A DNA stretch of 64,000 nucleotides, taken from Bacteroidota bacterium (lineage in GTDB: Bacteria > Bacteroidota > Bacteroidia > 2-12-FULL-35-15). The notes beneath the pieces are model-generated. The model worked only from the letters and a program-made list of their open reading frames with translations, was not told where the DNA came from and made no database searches. Made by a program: the position numbers and the translations under genes. Each line of letters starts with the position of its first letter. The stretch's first letter is position 1. The stretch covers positions 85,081-149,080 of the forward strand of contig CANIFU010000002.1 in the NCBI GenBank assembly GCA_947466965.1, in the 5' to 3' direction. Below, in pieces: positions 20,208 through 30,789 of the stretch.

Positions 20208-21484
20208 TGAACGCCACTCCTCTCGCAGAACGAATGCGTCCGACAAGTCTGGATAACTACATTGGCCAAAAGCACATTGTAGGCGAGGGAGCTATTTTAA
20301 GAAACGCGATCAAATCCAATCTTTTGCCCTCCATAATTTTATGGGGACCTCCGGGAGTTGGAAAAACAACACTGGCAAACATTATAGCTCATCAGCTAAA
20401 GCGCCCATTTCATGCATTAAGCGCGATCAATTCAGGGGTGAAAGATATTCGTGAAGTAATTGAAAAGTCGAAATCGAATGGTTTATTCAATCAGAGTAAT
20501 CCCATATTATTCATTGATGAAATCCATCGCTTCAGTAAATCACAACAAGATTCATTGCTTGGAGCAGTTGAAAAAGGAACCGTTACACTGATAGGTGCAA
20601 CAACAGAAAATCCTTCTTTTGAAGTTATTTCAGCCCTTTTATCACGTTGTCAGGTTTATATCCTGAAGCACCTTGACAAAGACGATCTTTTGGAAATGCT
20701 TGAGCTGGCAATGAAAACAGATGTTTTTCTGAAAACAAAAAAAATCATCATTGAGGAAAATGAAGCACTTCTTAGACTTTCGGGAGGTGACGGACGGAAA
20801 TTATTAAATGTTTTCGAATTGGTCGTGAATGCTATTGGCGGTGAAACGATTGAAATTACAAATGAAAAGGTAAACAACATTGTTCAACAAAACATTTCTG
20901 TTTACGATAAATCCGGAGAAAACCATTACGATATCATTTCAGCATTTATCAAATCAATAAGAGGAAGCGACCCGAATGCTGCAGTATATTGGTTAGCAAG
21001 AATGATTGAAGGAGGTGAAGATCCTTCCTTTATTGCAAGAAGATTATTAATACTTGCTTCAGAAGATATTGGAAATGCGAATCCAACTGCATTAGTAATA
21101 GCAAACAATTGTTTTCAAGCAGTGAATGTGATCGGCTATCCTGAATCGAGAATTATTTTATCTCAAACGGTAACCTATTTGGCATCATCAGCAAAAAGCA
21201 ATGCCGCTTATATGGCTATAAATGCTGCATCAGAAATGGTTAGAAATAGCGGTGACCTTCCTGTGCCGCTTCATTTGAGAAACGCACCTACCAAATTAAT
21301 GAAAGAGATTGGCTATGGTGAAAATTACGAGTATTCACATGGCTTCAAAAACAATTTTTCTGCACAAGAATATCTTCCGGAAGGATTAGTCGGAACTAAA
21401 TTTTATGATCCGGGAAACAATGCCCGAGAAAATGAATTAAAAGAGTATCTGAAAAAACTTTGGGGAAAGAAATACGATTATTAG
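20207..21484 (+). CDS. rarA: Replication-associated recombination protein A
   Basis: PLAERMRP, WGPPGVGKTT, FIDEIHRF, HYDIISAFIKSIRGSD, VPLHLRNAPT. The ATG overlaps the upstream stop (TAATG). Confidence 0.95.
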   Translation: MNATPLAERMRPTSLDNYIGQKHIVGEGAILRNAIKSNLLPSIILWGPPGVGKTTLANIIAHQLKRPFHALSAINSGVKDIREVIEKSKSNGLFNQSNPILFIDEIHRFSKSQQDSLLGAVEKGTVTLIGATTENPSFEVISALLSRCQVYILKHLDKDDLLEMLELAMKTDVFLKTKKIIIEENEALLRLSGGDGRKLLNVFELVVNAIGGETIEITNEKVNNIVQQNISVYDKSGENHYDIISAFIKSIRGSDPNAAVYWLARMIEGGEDPSFIARRLLILASEDIGNANPTALVIANNCFQAVNVIGYPESRIILSQTVTYLASSAKSNAAYMAINAASEMVRNSGDLPVPLHLRNAPTKLMKEIGYGENYEYSHGFKNNFSAQEYLPEGLVGTKFYDPGNNARENELKEYLKKLWGKKYDY

Positions 21485-21912
21485 TCTTCAATAATTGAAG
21501 TCGGATCGAATATAAAGAAATGTGCAATTCCAACTGTAATTCCACCAAAAGACTGTTCAATTACTTGCCAGCACACATCAAGTAATAAATTTTCTAATTT
21601 AGAACCTGTGCTAAATGAAACTCCAACAACAGTAGAGATGATGAATAAGGTAAATCCTATTGCAGCTCCTGTAACAGCACCTTTTATAATTGGTTTGCGT
21701 TTGAAACGATTCTCAAGTATCTTCACATCAAAGGCTTTGGCTATTATAAATCCAATAATAAGATATACGAAGGATGCGAATACAAGAAATAATTCTTTGG
21801 GGTAAGATAAGCGTGAAAAATCAGTTAAAAACAAGCCATGCCAAATGTATGATAAAGCAAACATCATAAGCGATGAACCAATCCAAGAAATATTAAATCG
21901 TTTTGTAAACAT
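21481..21912 (-). CDS. Hypothetical four-TM membrane protein
   Basis: 143 aa with four hydrophobic segments. Its stop overlaps the rarA stop (convergent). Confidence 0.75.
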   Translation of the reverse strand: MFTKRFNISWIGSSLMMFALSYIWHGLFLTDFSRLSYPKELFLVFASFVYLIIGFIIAKAFDVKILENRFKRKPIIKGAVTGAAIGFTLFIISTVVGVSFSTGSKLENLLLDVCWQVIEQSFGGITVGIAHFFIFDPTSIIED

Positions 21913-22057
21913 AATTTACCTTCCATGAAACAATGCAAATATATTCTATTTTATTATGAATCGAAATGGTGTGCGTGAATTTAATTTTTTATTGGGCTGC
22001 TTTTTTTAGTGCCAAAGCGCTTTTTTTAGTATTTTTAACAACGTAAAATCATTTGAA

Positions 22058-23674
22058 ATGGCAATAAATATAAGAAAAGAAAACTTTTTAATTTTATTGG
22101 CTGCTTCCCTTTTTTTTTCATCTTGCAGAAAAGAAATGGAGCACCCCTCCTGGGACACGCAATTACTTGCTCCCCTAATTGATGCTTCGATGACTATAAA
22201 CAATATTCTTCCCGACTCAATTCTACAAACAAATGCTGATAGTTCGATGAAAATTGTTTTCAGCAATGAACTGTATAAGATAAATATGGACACTTTATTT
22301 AATATTGCCGACACCACTATTCACAGTGGCTACGCTGTTCCTTTTACAATAGGAAGTGGGTTAACGCCAGGATATACTCTTCCATTTCCGTCTTCTTCTT
22401 CTACTACCTACTCTTTACCAGGTATTGAATTGAAAAAGGTTATTATAAAATCAGGATTTGTTACTTTTAAAGTGAAAAGTAAAATACGAGAAGTAACTGA
22501 GTTTGTTTATTCAATTCCTTGTGCAACTGATGCTTTAGGAAATCCATTTTCAAAACCATTTACTGTTCCCGCTCGCGTTGGTTCCAATCCAGGTGTTTAT
22601 AATCAAACATTCGATTTGTCAGGCTTCACAATCAATCTAACAGGACCTTCCGGAACACAGATCAATACAATCTATACTTCTTTGGCAGGTAAAATAAGTG
22701 CAACCGCTGCAGATACTGTTTTAGTAACACCTTCAGACAGTTTAATAATTGATAATACTTTTTACGATTTGGTCCCCTTTTATGCTAAAGGGTATTTCGG
22801 AAATAATACTTACAACACCGGTTCAAGCGAAAGTGCGTTTACACTTTTCGATAGAATTGTAGATGGAACCATCCTATTAGAAGATGTTGACTTTAACTTT
22901 AGCATCGAGAATCCAATTGGTCTTGATGCTCGTTTATACATAAACAACATTACCTCTATCAATTCCCGTACAGGAACATCAATTAATTTATCAAATACGC
23001 TTATCGGTAGTCCAATCAATATCAATCGTGCATCCGAAAGTGCAGGAATCATTTATCCAACCTATGCGAACTTTCCTTTAAATACAAGTAATTCTAATAT
23101 TAAACCAATGATCGAAAACTTGCCCGACAAATTTGGTTATTCCATGCAAGTGATTACAAATCCCCTAGGTAATATTTCAGGCTCAAATGATTTTATTTAT
23201 TACGACAGACTTTTAAAAGCCAAATTGAACATGGAAATTCCGCTTTCTATCGTTGCCAATAATTTGACCTTAGCCGATACCTTAGACTTTAATATTTCTC
23301 AGTCAGATGGCACTCAAAATATTCATGATGGAACCATTGCGCTTTTTGCAAATAACGGTTTTCCTTTCGATGCAAAACTACAGTTGTATTTACTGAACGA
23401 GAACAACACCGTTAGAGATTCAATCTTCGGTTATGCCAATACGATTGTAGAAGCTCCAATTAATTCAAGCTTAAGGGTAATAGGCAAAAAAATGACAAAA
23501 ATTTCGGTTCCTATAAGTGCTGAAAAAATGAATTTACTATACGACACAAAGAAGGTGGTAATGAAAGTAAAATTCAACACAAGTTCACAACCGCAATATA
23601 TAAAGATTTACAGTGAATATTCAATAGACATTAAACTAGTCGGGGATTTTAATTATACGATCCAACTCCATTAA
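22058..23674 (+). CDS. Hypothetical beta-rich lipoprotein
   Basis: Lipobox FSS-C followed by RKE; Ser/Thr/Asn-rich beta-strand composition; NNGFPF motif near the C-terminus. Confidence 0.8.
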   Translation: MAINIRKENFLILLAASLFFSSCRKEMEHPSWDTQLLAPLIDASMTINNILPDSILQTNADSSMKIVFSNELYKINMDTLFNIADTTIHSGYAVPFTIGSGLTPGYTLPFPSSSSTTYSLPGIELKKVIIKSGFVTFKVKSKIREVTEFVYSIPCATDALGNPFSKPFTVPARVGSNPGVYNQTFDLSGFTINLTGPSGTQINTIYTSLAGKISATAADTVLVTPSDSLIIDNTFYDLVPFYAKGYFGNNTYNTGSSESAFTLFDRIVDGTILLEDVDFNFSIENPIGLDARLYINNITSINSRTGTSINLSNTLIGSPININRASESAGIIYPTYANFPLNTSNSNIKPMIENLPDKFGYSMQVITNPLGNISGSNDFIYYDRLLKAKLNMEIPLSIVANNLTLADTLDFNISQSDGTQNIHDGTIALFANNGFPFDAKLQLYLLNENNTVRDSIFGYANTIVEAPINSSLRVIGKKMTKISVPISAEKMNLLYDTKKVVMKVKFNTSSQPQYIKIYSEYSIDIKLVGDFNYTIQLH

Positions 23675-23684
23675 AAATAACGTT

Positions 23685-24947
23685 TTGAAGAAGATACTAT
23701 TTTTACTTTTCATTCTAATAAATCAGTTCAATTCAGAAGCGCAGATAGCGGCCATCTTTTCTGATGAATTTCCAGAAACAGCAAGAACCCGAATCGGGCT
23801 GGTTGGCGAGTATGGCATAAACTCAAATGCTTTCACCACACAATTTGTTTCTAAATTTTATAAAGGCGGTTATATTGACGCCGCATTAAAAAATGATGTT
23901 TTGAAGCGAACCGAAAAAATGAATACCATTGGTGCTGATTTGAACTATGGAGTTTATGTGGGAATCAAACTCGATTCTATCTTTCACAAAAAGAATATCA
24001 GTTTATTTTTCAGTTTGCGCGACAGAGCTCATTTTGATGCTCGCTTTTCAAAAGATTTATACAAAGTAGCCTTTTATGGAAATGCTCCTTATGCAGGAAA
24101 AACAGCAAATTTCAACGATTTTAATTTAAACTACCTTCGTTATCAACAACTTCAGATTGGCTTATTTTCTTCCAAATATGACAGTGCAGCGCGCTGGGGT
24201 ATAGCCGTATCAATTTTAAAAGGCGAACAGTATTCTTCTATTTTTGCTAAAAAAGCTGAAATGTATACTAGCGAAGACGGTCAATATATTGACTTCAATA
24301 CAGAAATGCAGGTTGCACAATCCGATACAGCAAACAAAGGAATAGGTGCATTCAATGGAATAGGTGCCAGTTTTGATATTTATTTTGAGGCGCCTTTTAA
24401 AACTCGTTTCGAGAATTCTAAATTAATTATTTCTGTTGCTGATATTGGTTCGATAAAATTCAATAACAATTCACTGTATTTAAATCAGGATTCACTTTTT
24501 CATTATACTGGATTTCATGTAAACAGTATTTATGAACTTCAGGATTCAACCTTCGCAAATGCTTCGCAAGATAGCATTGTCAATTCAATAGCACCATTCA
24601 AAAAAAAATCCATTTCGGTGACACTTCCAACAGTTCTTAACATCACTTACGAAACAAAATTCAACAAGCACGTTGAAGTTACTGAAGGAATTCGATATGT
24701 ATTTAATGGCAATTATCATTTGCTTGGTTACATCAAAGGGAATTTCATTTTCAATCACCAACTTTCTATTTCCACAACCTTTGGATATGGCGGCTACGGG
24801 AAATTTAGCTATGGCATAGGTGTATTTGCCAATTTAGGAAAAGGTGTCATTATCTATGCGGGAAGCAATAATCTAGAGGGTTTTATCGCTCCTAAAAAAG
24901 CATTAGGTCAATCAGCATACATTTCACTTATTAAAAATTTCAAATAA
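23685..24947 (+). CDS. Putative outer-membrane beta-barrel protein (DUF5723-like)
   Basis: Signal peptide, alternating aromatic/Gly beta-strands, D(I)GSIKF and TLPT motifs. Family assignment is by resemblance only. Confidence 0.65.
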   Translation: MKKILFLLFILINQFNSEAQIAAIFSDEFPETARTRIGLVGEYGINSNAFTTQFVSKFYKGGYIDAALKNDVLKRTEKMNTIGADLNYGVYVGIKLDSIFHKKNISLFFSLRDRAHFDARFSKDLYKVAFYGNAPYAGKTANFNDFNLNYLRYQQLQIGLFSSKYDSAARWGIAVSILKGEQYSSIFAKKAEMYTSEDGQYIDFNTEMQVAQSDTANKGIGAFNGIGASFDIYFEAPFKTRFENSKLIISVADIGSIKFNNNSLYLNQDSLFHYTGFHVNSIYELQDSTFANASQDSIVNSIAPFKKKSISVTLPTVLNITYETKFNKHVEVTEGIRYVFNGNYHLLGYIKGNFIFNHQLSISTTFGYGGYGKFSYGIGVFANLGKGVIIYAGSNNLEGFIAPKKALGQSAYISLIKNFK

Positions 24948-24952
24948 ATATT

Positions 24953-25768
24953 ATGTCGTTAAACAATATTCCGAATTTAAAACATTTAGAAACAAATAAC
25001 TTTTTCTTAATTGCAGGCCCTTGTGCTGTTGAAAACGAAGAAATTTGTTTTGAAATAGCAGAAAAAGTAAAATCAGTTACCGACAAACTTGGTATTCCAT
25101 ACATTTTCAAAGCATCGTTCAAAAAGGCGAACCGTTCACGCCTAGATTCGTTTACTGGAATTGGAGATGAAAAAGGGTTGGAGATCATCGCAAAAGTTGG
25201 AAAACAGTATAACCTTCCTACACTTACTGATATTCATACTCATGAAGATGCAACAATGGCGGCAGCGTTTGTTGATATTCTACAGATTCCTGCATTCTTA
25301 TGCAGACAAACAGATCTTCTTGTTGCTGCAGCAAAAACAGGGAAACATGTTAATATAAAAAAAGGGCAATTCCTTTCTGCCGAATCAATGAAATTTGCAG
25401 TCGATAAAGTAAGAGAATCAGGAAATACAAACATCATGCTTACCGAGCGGGGAACTTTTTTAGGCTATCAAGATCTTGTTGTTGATTTCAGAGGTATACC
25501 CGAAATGCAAAAAAACAATGTTCCTGTTGTCATGGACATCACCCATTCATTACAACAGCCGAATCAAACAAGTGGCGTAACTGGAGGCAGACCTGATTTA
25601 ATAGGAACAATAGCGAAAGCCGCAATTGCGGTTGGTGTAGATGGAATTTTTTTAGAAACACACCCTAATCCAGCTAAAGCAAAATCAGATGGAGCAAATA
25701 TGCTTCACCTTGATCATTTCGAAAAATTAATGAACGATTTGATAACAATCAGACGTGCAATCTTATAA
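24953..25768 (+). CDS. kdsA: 3-deoxy-8-phosphooctulonate synthase
   Basis: IAGPCAVE, FKASFKKANRS, QIPAFLCRQTDL, KKGQFLS, DITHSLQQP, AKSDG. Confidence 0.96.
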   Translation: MSLNNIPNLKHLETNNFFLIAGPCAVENEEICFEIAEKVKSVTDKLGIPYIFKASFKKANRSRLDSFTGIGDEKGLEIIAKVGKQYNLPTLTDIHTHEDATMAAAFVDILQIPAFLCRQTDLLVAAAKTGKHVNIKKGQFLSAESMKFAVDKVRESGNTNIMLTERGTFLGYQDLVVDFRGIPEMQKNNVPVVMDITHSLQQPNQTSGVTGGRPDLIGTIAKAAIAVGVDGIFLETHPNPAKAKSDGANMLHLDHFEKLMNDLITIRRAIL

Positions 25769-25787
25769 TTTTTATAAACGTATTCAG

Positions 25788-27263
25788 ATGAAAAGACTAC
25801 CATTTGTTTTTACTTTTCTTTTTTGTTTTTGTTTTCAATTCGTTATGCATGCGCAATCTCCAATAAAATTCAGAAAAGTGATTGGTAACAATGGGTATGA
25901 TTATGGCTATTCATGTAAACAAACTTTTGATAAAGGATATATTATTGGTGGCTCATCAAGTTCATTCGGAAGTGGCAACACTGATATGTATGTTGTGAAA
26001 ACAGATTCTATGGGCGTTCCTTGGGGTGATAAAACAATTGGCGGAATAAATATCGATCAGGGAATGTGTATCAGACAAACAAGCGACAGTGGATATGTTT
26101 TACTTGGCTATACAAACAGTTACGGAGCCGGAGGATATGATATGTATCTGGTAAAGATGGATTCTTCTTTTAACACACAATGGACAAAAACCTATGGAGG
26201 AACAGATTGGGATTTTGGAAATTGTGTAGAGCAAACTTCAGATGGTGGTTATATCCTTTGTGGTTCTACGTATAGTTATGGAAAAGGAGATCAGGATTAT
26301 TATTTGATCCGGACCAATTCAACGGGTGACACTTTATGGACAAAAACATACGGTGGAACAAAAGAAGATATTGCAAAATCTGTGATTCAAACAAGTGATG
26401 GCGGATTTATTTTAACGGGAGTAACTAAAAGTATGGGAGACACGCTTGGTGATTTTTATACAATAAAAACATTTGCAAATGGCGATACAACTTGGACATA
26501 CAAATTGGGTGGATTACAAGCAGATATTGGAAATGACATTTTAGAAAGTAATACAGGTGAATTTATTGCAGGTGGTGAAACATATAGTTTTGGTGCTGGT
26601 AATGCAGATGCAGTTCTCATAAAATTATCAGCCACAGGAATATTTCAAAACATATTTACGATTGGTAATACCGGTTTTGATAATGCCACTTCTATAACGG
26701 AGGGAGCAGACGGAAAAATAGCAATGGTAGGCCTTACAAAAAATTGGGGAACAGTAAATGGTGATATGTATTTTACAATAATAAAAAACGATTGGACCTT
26801 TTTCAACTCCACAACTTTTGGAACAATTACAAAAGATCAGGGATTCTCTGTTGAAGCTACTGCAGATAAATGTTTCATTTTATGTGGTACAACGAAAGGT
26901 TTCAACAATGGTTTGGAAGATATTTACCTGATTAAAACCGACTCAATGGGATTATCCGGATTTACGGGGTCAGAATCCATTTTTATAACAAGTGTTCAGG
27001 ATCAAAATTCGTTCCTCAACAATTCGTTTGTTTTATTTCCAAATCCAGCGAATAATAGTATTCATATTAATATAAATACTTCATGGTGGCAAGATCAAGC
27101 GGAAATCATTATTGTTGATGTATTAGGAAAAGAAGTAGAACATTTCCAAACAGCTCTCAATAATTTTTCTATCAACACGAAAGATCTTACGAATGGCTTG
27201 TATTACCTGACTTTAAAAACTAAAAATTCAATCTCGACACAAAAATTAGTCATTCAGCATTAA
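25788..27263 (+). CDS. Repeat beta-propeller protein with T9SS type A CTD
   Basis: Repeated QTSDGGYIL...G...D(M/Y)YL(V/I)KTD...WTKTYGG units. C-terminal LFPNPA...DVLGK...GLYYL...QKLVIQH. Start at MKRLPF (25788). Confidence 0.85.
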   Translation: MKRLPFVFTFLFCFCFQFVMHAQSPIKFRKVIGNNGYDYGYSCKQTFDKGYIIGGSSSSFGSGNTDMYVVKTDSMGVPWGDKTIGGINIDQGMCIRQTSDSGYVLLGYTNSYGAGGYDMYLVKMDSSFNTQWTKTYGGTDWDFGNCVEQTSDGGYILCGSTYSYGKGDQDYYLIRTNSTGDTLWTKTYGGTKEDIAKSVIQTSDGGFILTGVTKSMGDTLGDFYTIKTFANGDTTWTYKLGGLQADIGNDILESNTGEFIAGGETYSFGAGNADAVLIKLSATGIFQNIFTIGNTGFDNATSITEGADGKIAMVGLTKNWGTVNGDMYFTIIKNDWTFFNSTTFGTITKDQGFSVEATADKCFILCGTTKGFNNGLEDIYLIKTDSMGLSGFTGSESIFITSVQDQNSFLNNSFVLFPNPANNSIHININTSWWQDQAEIIIVDVLGKEVEHFQTALNNFSINTKDLTNGLYYLTLKTKNSISTQKLVIQH

Positions 27264-27330
27264 TATTTAATTACTATTTATTTATATTTTTTTAAATTTA
27301 CACAACTAAAATCATTTATAATAAAGGAAT

Positions 27331-28038
27331 ATGGGACGAGTATTTGAAAAGCGTAAGTATAAAATGTTTGCCCGCTATGATAAAATGGCGAAAGGCTTTA
27401 CACGTATTGGAAAAGAGATTGCAATAGCGATCAAATTAGGAGGTGGTGATCCAGCTGGTAACTCACGTTTACGCGTGGCGATCCAGAATGCGAAAGGCTT
27501 GAATATGCCGAAAGTAAACATTGACGCGGCTATTAAACGTGCAACATCAAAAGATTCTTCAAATTTAGAAGAGGTTGTTTATGAAGGGAAAGGTCCTTAT
27601 GGAGTGGCAATTTTAATTGAATGTGCAACAGATAATCCTACAAGAACGGTTGCCAATGTTCGAATGAACTTTAATAAATATGGCGGAGAATTAGGTAAAA
27701 CAGGATCTTTGGATTATTTATTTGACAGAAAAGGTGTATTCCGTATTAAGAACGAAAACCTAGTTCTGGAAGAATTAGAGTTCGAATTGATCGACTTCGG
27801 TGCAGATGAGATAGAAAGCGATGAAGAAGAAATTGTAATTTATACTGCTTTCACAGATTTCGGAAACATGCAAAAAGCACTTGAATCAAAGAAATTCAAC
27901 ATCATCAGTTCAGAATTGGAACGTATTCCAAATTCAACAGTTGAATTAAACGATGAGCAAGTGGAAGAAGTAATGAAACTAGTTGGTAAATTAGAAGAAG
28001 ATGATGATATCCAAACGGTATATCATAATTTGAAATAG
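27331..28038 (+). CDS. yebC: YebC/PmpR family protein
   Basis: NSRLRVAI, NMPK, YEGKGPYGVAI, TDNPTRTV, LEEDDDIQTVYHN. Confidence 0.93.
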   Translation: MGRVFEKRKYKMFARYDKMAKGFTRIGKEIAIAIKLGGGDPAGNSRLRVAIQNAKGLNMPKVNIDAAIKRATSKDSSNLEEVVYEGKGPYGVAILIECATDNPTRTVANVRMNFNKYGGELGKTGSLDYLFDRKGVFRIKNENLVLEELEFELIDFGADEIESDEEEIVIYTAFTDFGNMQKALESKKFNIISSELERIPNSTVELNDEQVEEVMKLVGKLEEDDDIQTVYHNLK

Positions 28039-28054
28039 ATTTGTATTCAATCAG

Positions 28055-28092
28055 AAAAAAAAACGCAGTAGTTATTCCTTCTGCGTTTTTTT
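28055..28092. terminator. Bidirectional intrinsic terminator
   Basis: A-run, ACGCAG...CTGCGT stem, T-run, between convergent genes. Confidence 0.7.
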
Positions 28093-28943
28093 TATTCTCC
28101 TAGATGATACAATGTTAATCCTGCAATAGGTGTTTCAGAAATAGTATCAATATTTACCCCTTTATTTGCTGCAACAGCACGAAGGATATTGCTATAATAA
28201 AATGCAACCGAGCCGGTGCAGCTTAATTTAAGTTCTTTGTGTTTTTTATACCTGCAAATATAGTTGTCGAAAAACTGATCAAAACAACCAGCAACCAAAT
28301 CAATTATAAATTGTTCTTTTAAATTCTGGTAAATGAATTTACTGAAAGAAGCTAAAAATCTATTCGGCATTGGTTTTCTGTAAACAGCATCTATAATATC
28401 GTCTTTACTCAGGTTGAACCGGGCAAAAAATCGTGCAGCAAGATCTTCAGGCAATTCATCATTTATAAATGCCTGAACAAACGTTTTCCCGATATGAGCG
28501 CCACTTCCCTCATCACCTAAAATAAAACCACTGGATGTTCTGTTTTCAACTATTTCTCCCCCATCGTAATAACAGGTATTTGCACCAGTACCCAAAATTG
28601 CAGCAATTCCAGGATTTTTACCACATAATGAACGTGCTGCTCCCAAAAGATCAGAGTTGATTTCAATGACTGCTGCAGGAAAATGTTCTTGTAACGCTTC
28701 GAATACAATTTGTTTTTTGTCAGCAACCTTACAACCTGCTCCGTAAAAATAAATTGATAGTCCAAGACTTAAATCGTTTTTGTTTAACTGAGGAATCAAT
28801 TCGAATTTTAAAATTTCAGAAATTTGAGATGTCGTTTGAAAATATGGATTTATCCCCTGTGTAGCGAATTGATGAATTTGTTTATTGTTATCAATCAAAC
28901 GCCAATCGGTTTTTGTGGAGCCACTATCTGCTATTAGAATCAT
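28092..28943 (-). CDS. BadF/BadG/BcrA/BcrD-type ATPase (N-acetylglucosamine kinase-like)
   Basis: Start MILIADSGSTKTDW (28943), FYGAGC, SDLLGAAR, ILGTGAN, GFILGDEGSG, GSVAF. Confidence 0.87.
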   Translation of the reverse strand: MILIADSGSTKTDWRLIDNNKQIHQFATQGINPYFQTTSQISEILKFELIPQLNKNDLSLGLSIYFYGAGCKVADKKQIVFEALQEHFPAAVIEINSDLLGAARSLCGKNPGIAAILGTGANTCYYDGGEIVENRTSSGFILGDEGSGAHIGKTFVQAFINDELPEDLAARFFARFNLSKDDIIDAVYRKPMPNRFLASFSKFIYQNLKEQFIIDLVAGCFDQFFDNYICRYKKHKELKLSCTGSVAFYYSNILRAVAANKGVNIDTISETPIAGLTLYHLGE

Positions 28944-29041
28944 ATTGCTAAAGTATACATAAATGATGAAAAAAAATGCCGACAAACAATAATCAATCGG
29001 CACTTAAATTATTTTTTCGATGTTCATTTTTTTTGCAGGGC

Positions 29042-29470
29042 TTACAAAATTATATGAACGAATGAACTCTCAATTTCAGTTTTATACTTTTTGATTGGCT
29101 TTAAGGCAGGTTCCTTCAATACATTGCCTTCCAGATCGAAAGTACTGCCATGTGAAGAGCAAAACAATCCCGTTTTATTTGCAGTCAAAGGATTATCCTG
29201 ATGAGAACACTTCATTTCTAAAGCAGTGTAAATTCCATTACTCTTTTTAACCAATAATATATCAAATGGAATAGAACTGTTTCTGACGATTACACTATTA
29301 TTTCCTTCAGTAAATGCTGTAAATGGAACAGCGAGTATATTTTTCACAACAACTGCTTTAAATACAGGCATTGGGGTACACGAACTTAACTGTGAAACGA
29401 GGGCTCCCCCGCCAACGACACTTAAACATAGGGCACAAGTTTTTTTTATAAATGACCGTCTATTCTGCAT
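29042..29470 (-). CDS. Rieske [2Fe-2S] protein with twin-arginine N-terminus
   Basis: MQNRRSFIK Tat-like signal, possible lipobox LSS-C, Rieske motifs CSH...CSSHGSTFDLEG. Confidence 0.87.
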   Translation of the reverse strand: MQNRRSFIKKTCALCLSVVGGGALVSQLSSCTPMPVFKAVVVKNILAVPFTAFTEGNNSVIVRNSSIPFDILLVKKSNGIYTALEMKCSHQDNPLTANKTGLFCSSHGSTFDLEGNVLKEPALKPIKKYKTEIESSFVHIIL

Positions 29471-29471
29471 A

Positions 29472-30683
29472 TTAAAAACTATAACCAACACCTAAGCTAA
29501 AGAAACCTTGTTCTTTTTTAAAGTCAGGATCCGGCAATCCAACTAATACAGGGTTTTGCTCCCCTGTCTGCAATAGGACATAATCGGCCTTAACGATAAC
29601 ACCTTTTATAGGTTGAAAACTGATTCCACCTACAAAGTAAGTACTATTTTTAGTTTTGTCAACAATTCCATTTTGAGATAATTTATAATTCATATCTAAA
29701 TTCTCGTAGCGTGCAAAAACAGTAAGGTTCTTTTCTGACTTTTTAACTAATTTAAGAACGTTAAATCCAACTTCGCCATAATACCCCAACACAACCTCAG
29801 GAATATTATTGCCATAAGCATTGTTTATTTTTTCAGAATCTGAAATTTGAACAGAAGTAAATAATCCCTTAAGGGAAAATCCTTTATTAGTATATTGAAC
29901 ATTGGCTTCATATAAAAATACGGGAGTTCCGAATGCCCCGTTGGCAAGTTTCAATGTATCGGAATCTTTTTTACTCAAACCGGCACTACCGCCGTAATAA
30001 GCGGAAGCCTGTATCCTAAAATTTTTAATGTAATACAATAAGGAACCGGTAACTGCCATCGCAGATGCATTTGCGTCTCTCCCTTCAAAACGTCCATCAC
30101 GAATTCCTCTACCACTTTTAAATTCAGCAGAATTTAATCCGTTAACCAATGCAAGAGAATAATTTAATCCAGGTAATTTGTTTGTTGAACCGAACAATCC
30201 TAAGCCAATCTCCCTCCAAGTAGCAGGAATAATAAAGCGTTCAACAAATGGACGGTCATTACCATTAAAAGTAGTTGGTAGATGGTTTTCATTAATAATT
30301 CCAATTCTAGGAATAAATAAACCTGTAGTTAAATATATATTCTTATTTAAATTAAACTTAATAAAAGCTTGCTCCAATGCGACTTCACCACCTGCTTCTC
30401 CACCTGCAACTTTTGCATCCTCGATCTCCAACTCTGAAAAAAATGAAATTTTATCATTGAATTTATGACCTAAAAATAAGATCACCCTATCAACATTTGC
30501 TTCAGCAAGTTTATTATTTACGTTGTATTTATATTTAACACTTCCATAGCCAGAAATTACTGTTGCAGTTTTACTTGCGATTAAGCCAGCAGCCAAAGAA
30601 TCTTCTTTGGTTAATACTTGCGCTTTCAATGTGGAAGCTAATAATGTTAATATGATTATTGTGTGCAATTGTATGTATTTCAT
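29472..30683 (-). CDS. Outer-membrane porin-like beta-barrel (Porin O/P-like)
   Basis: Signal peptide, ISGYG, SELEIE...GEVALEQA, GIINENHLPTTFNG...IIPATWREIG, C-terminal GVGYSF barrel signal. Confidence 0.8.
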   Translation of the reverse strand: MKYIQLHTIIILTLLASTLKAQVLTKEDSLAAGLIASKTATVISGYGSVKYKYNVNNKLAEANVDRVILFLGHKFNDKISFFSELEIEDAKVAGGEAGGEVALEQAFIKFNLNKNIYLTTGLFIPRIGIINENHLPTTFNGNDRPFVERFIIPATWREIGLGLFGSTNKLPGLNYSLALVNGLNSAEFKSGRGIRDGRFEGRDANASAMAVTGSLLYYIKNFRIQASAYYGGSAGLSKKDSDTLKLANGAFGTPVFLYEANVQYTNKGFSLKGLFTSVQISDSEKINNAYGNNIPEVVLGYYGEVGFNVLKLVKKSEKNLTVFARYENLDMNYKLSQNGIVDKTKNSTYFVGGISFQPIKGVIVKADYVLLQTGEQNPVLVGLPDPDFKKEQGFFSLGVGYSF

Positions 30684-30694
30684 AAATAAAGAAA

Positions 30695-30717
30695 TTATTT
30701 AGATTAATTATTAATAA
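30695..30717. promoter_or_regulatory. Putative Fur-type box upstream of the porin gene
   Basis: TTATTTAGATTAATTATTAATAA. The core matches the palindrome ATTTAGAATTATTCTAAAT at 15/19. It lies between the TACATTTG promoter (30723-30730, minus) and the start codon. Confidence 0.55.
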
Positions 30718-30789
30718 CGGCACAAATGTAGATTTGGAGCAACGAAACGACAATACCTAAAAAGTGGTATTTTAAAATTTGGAGGCAGA

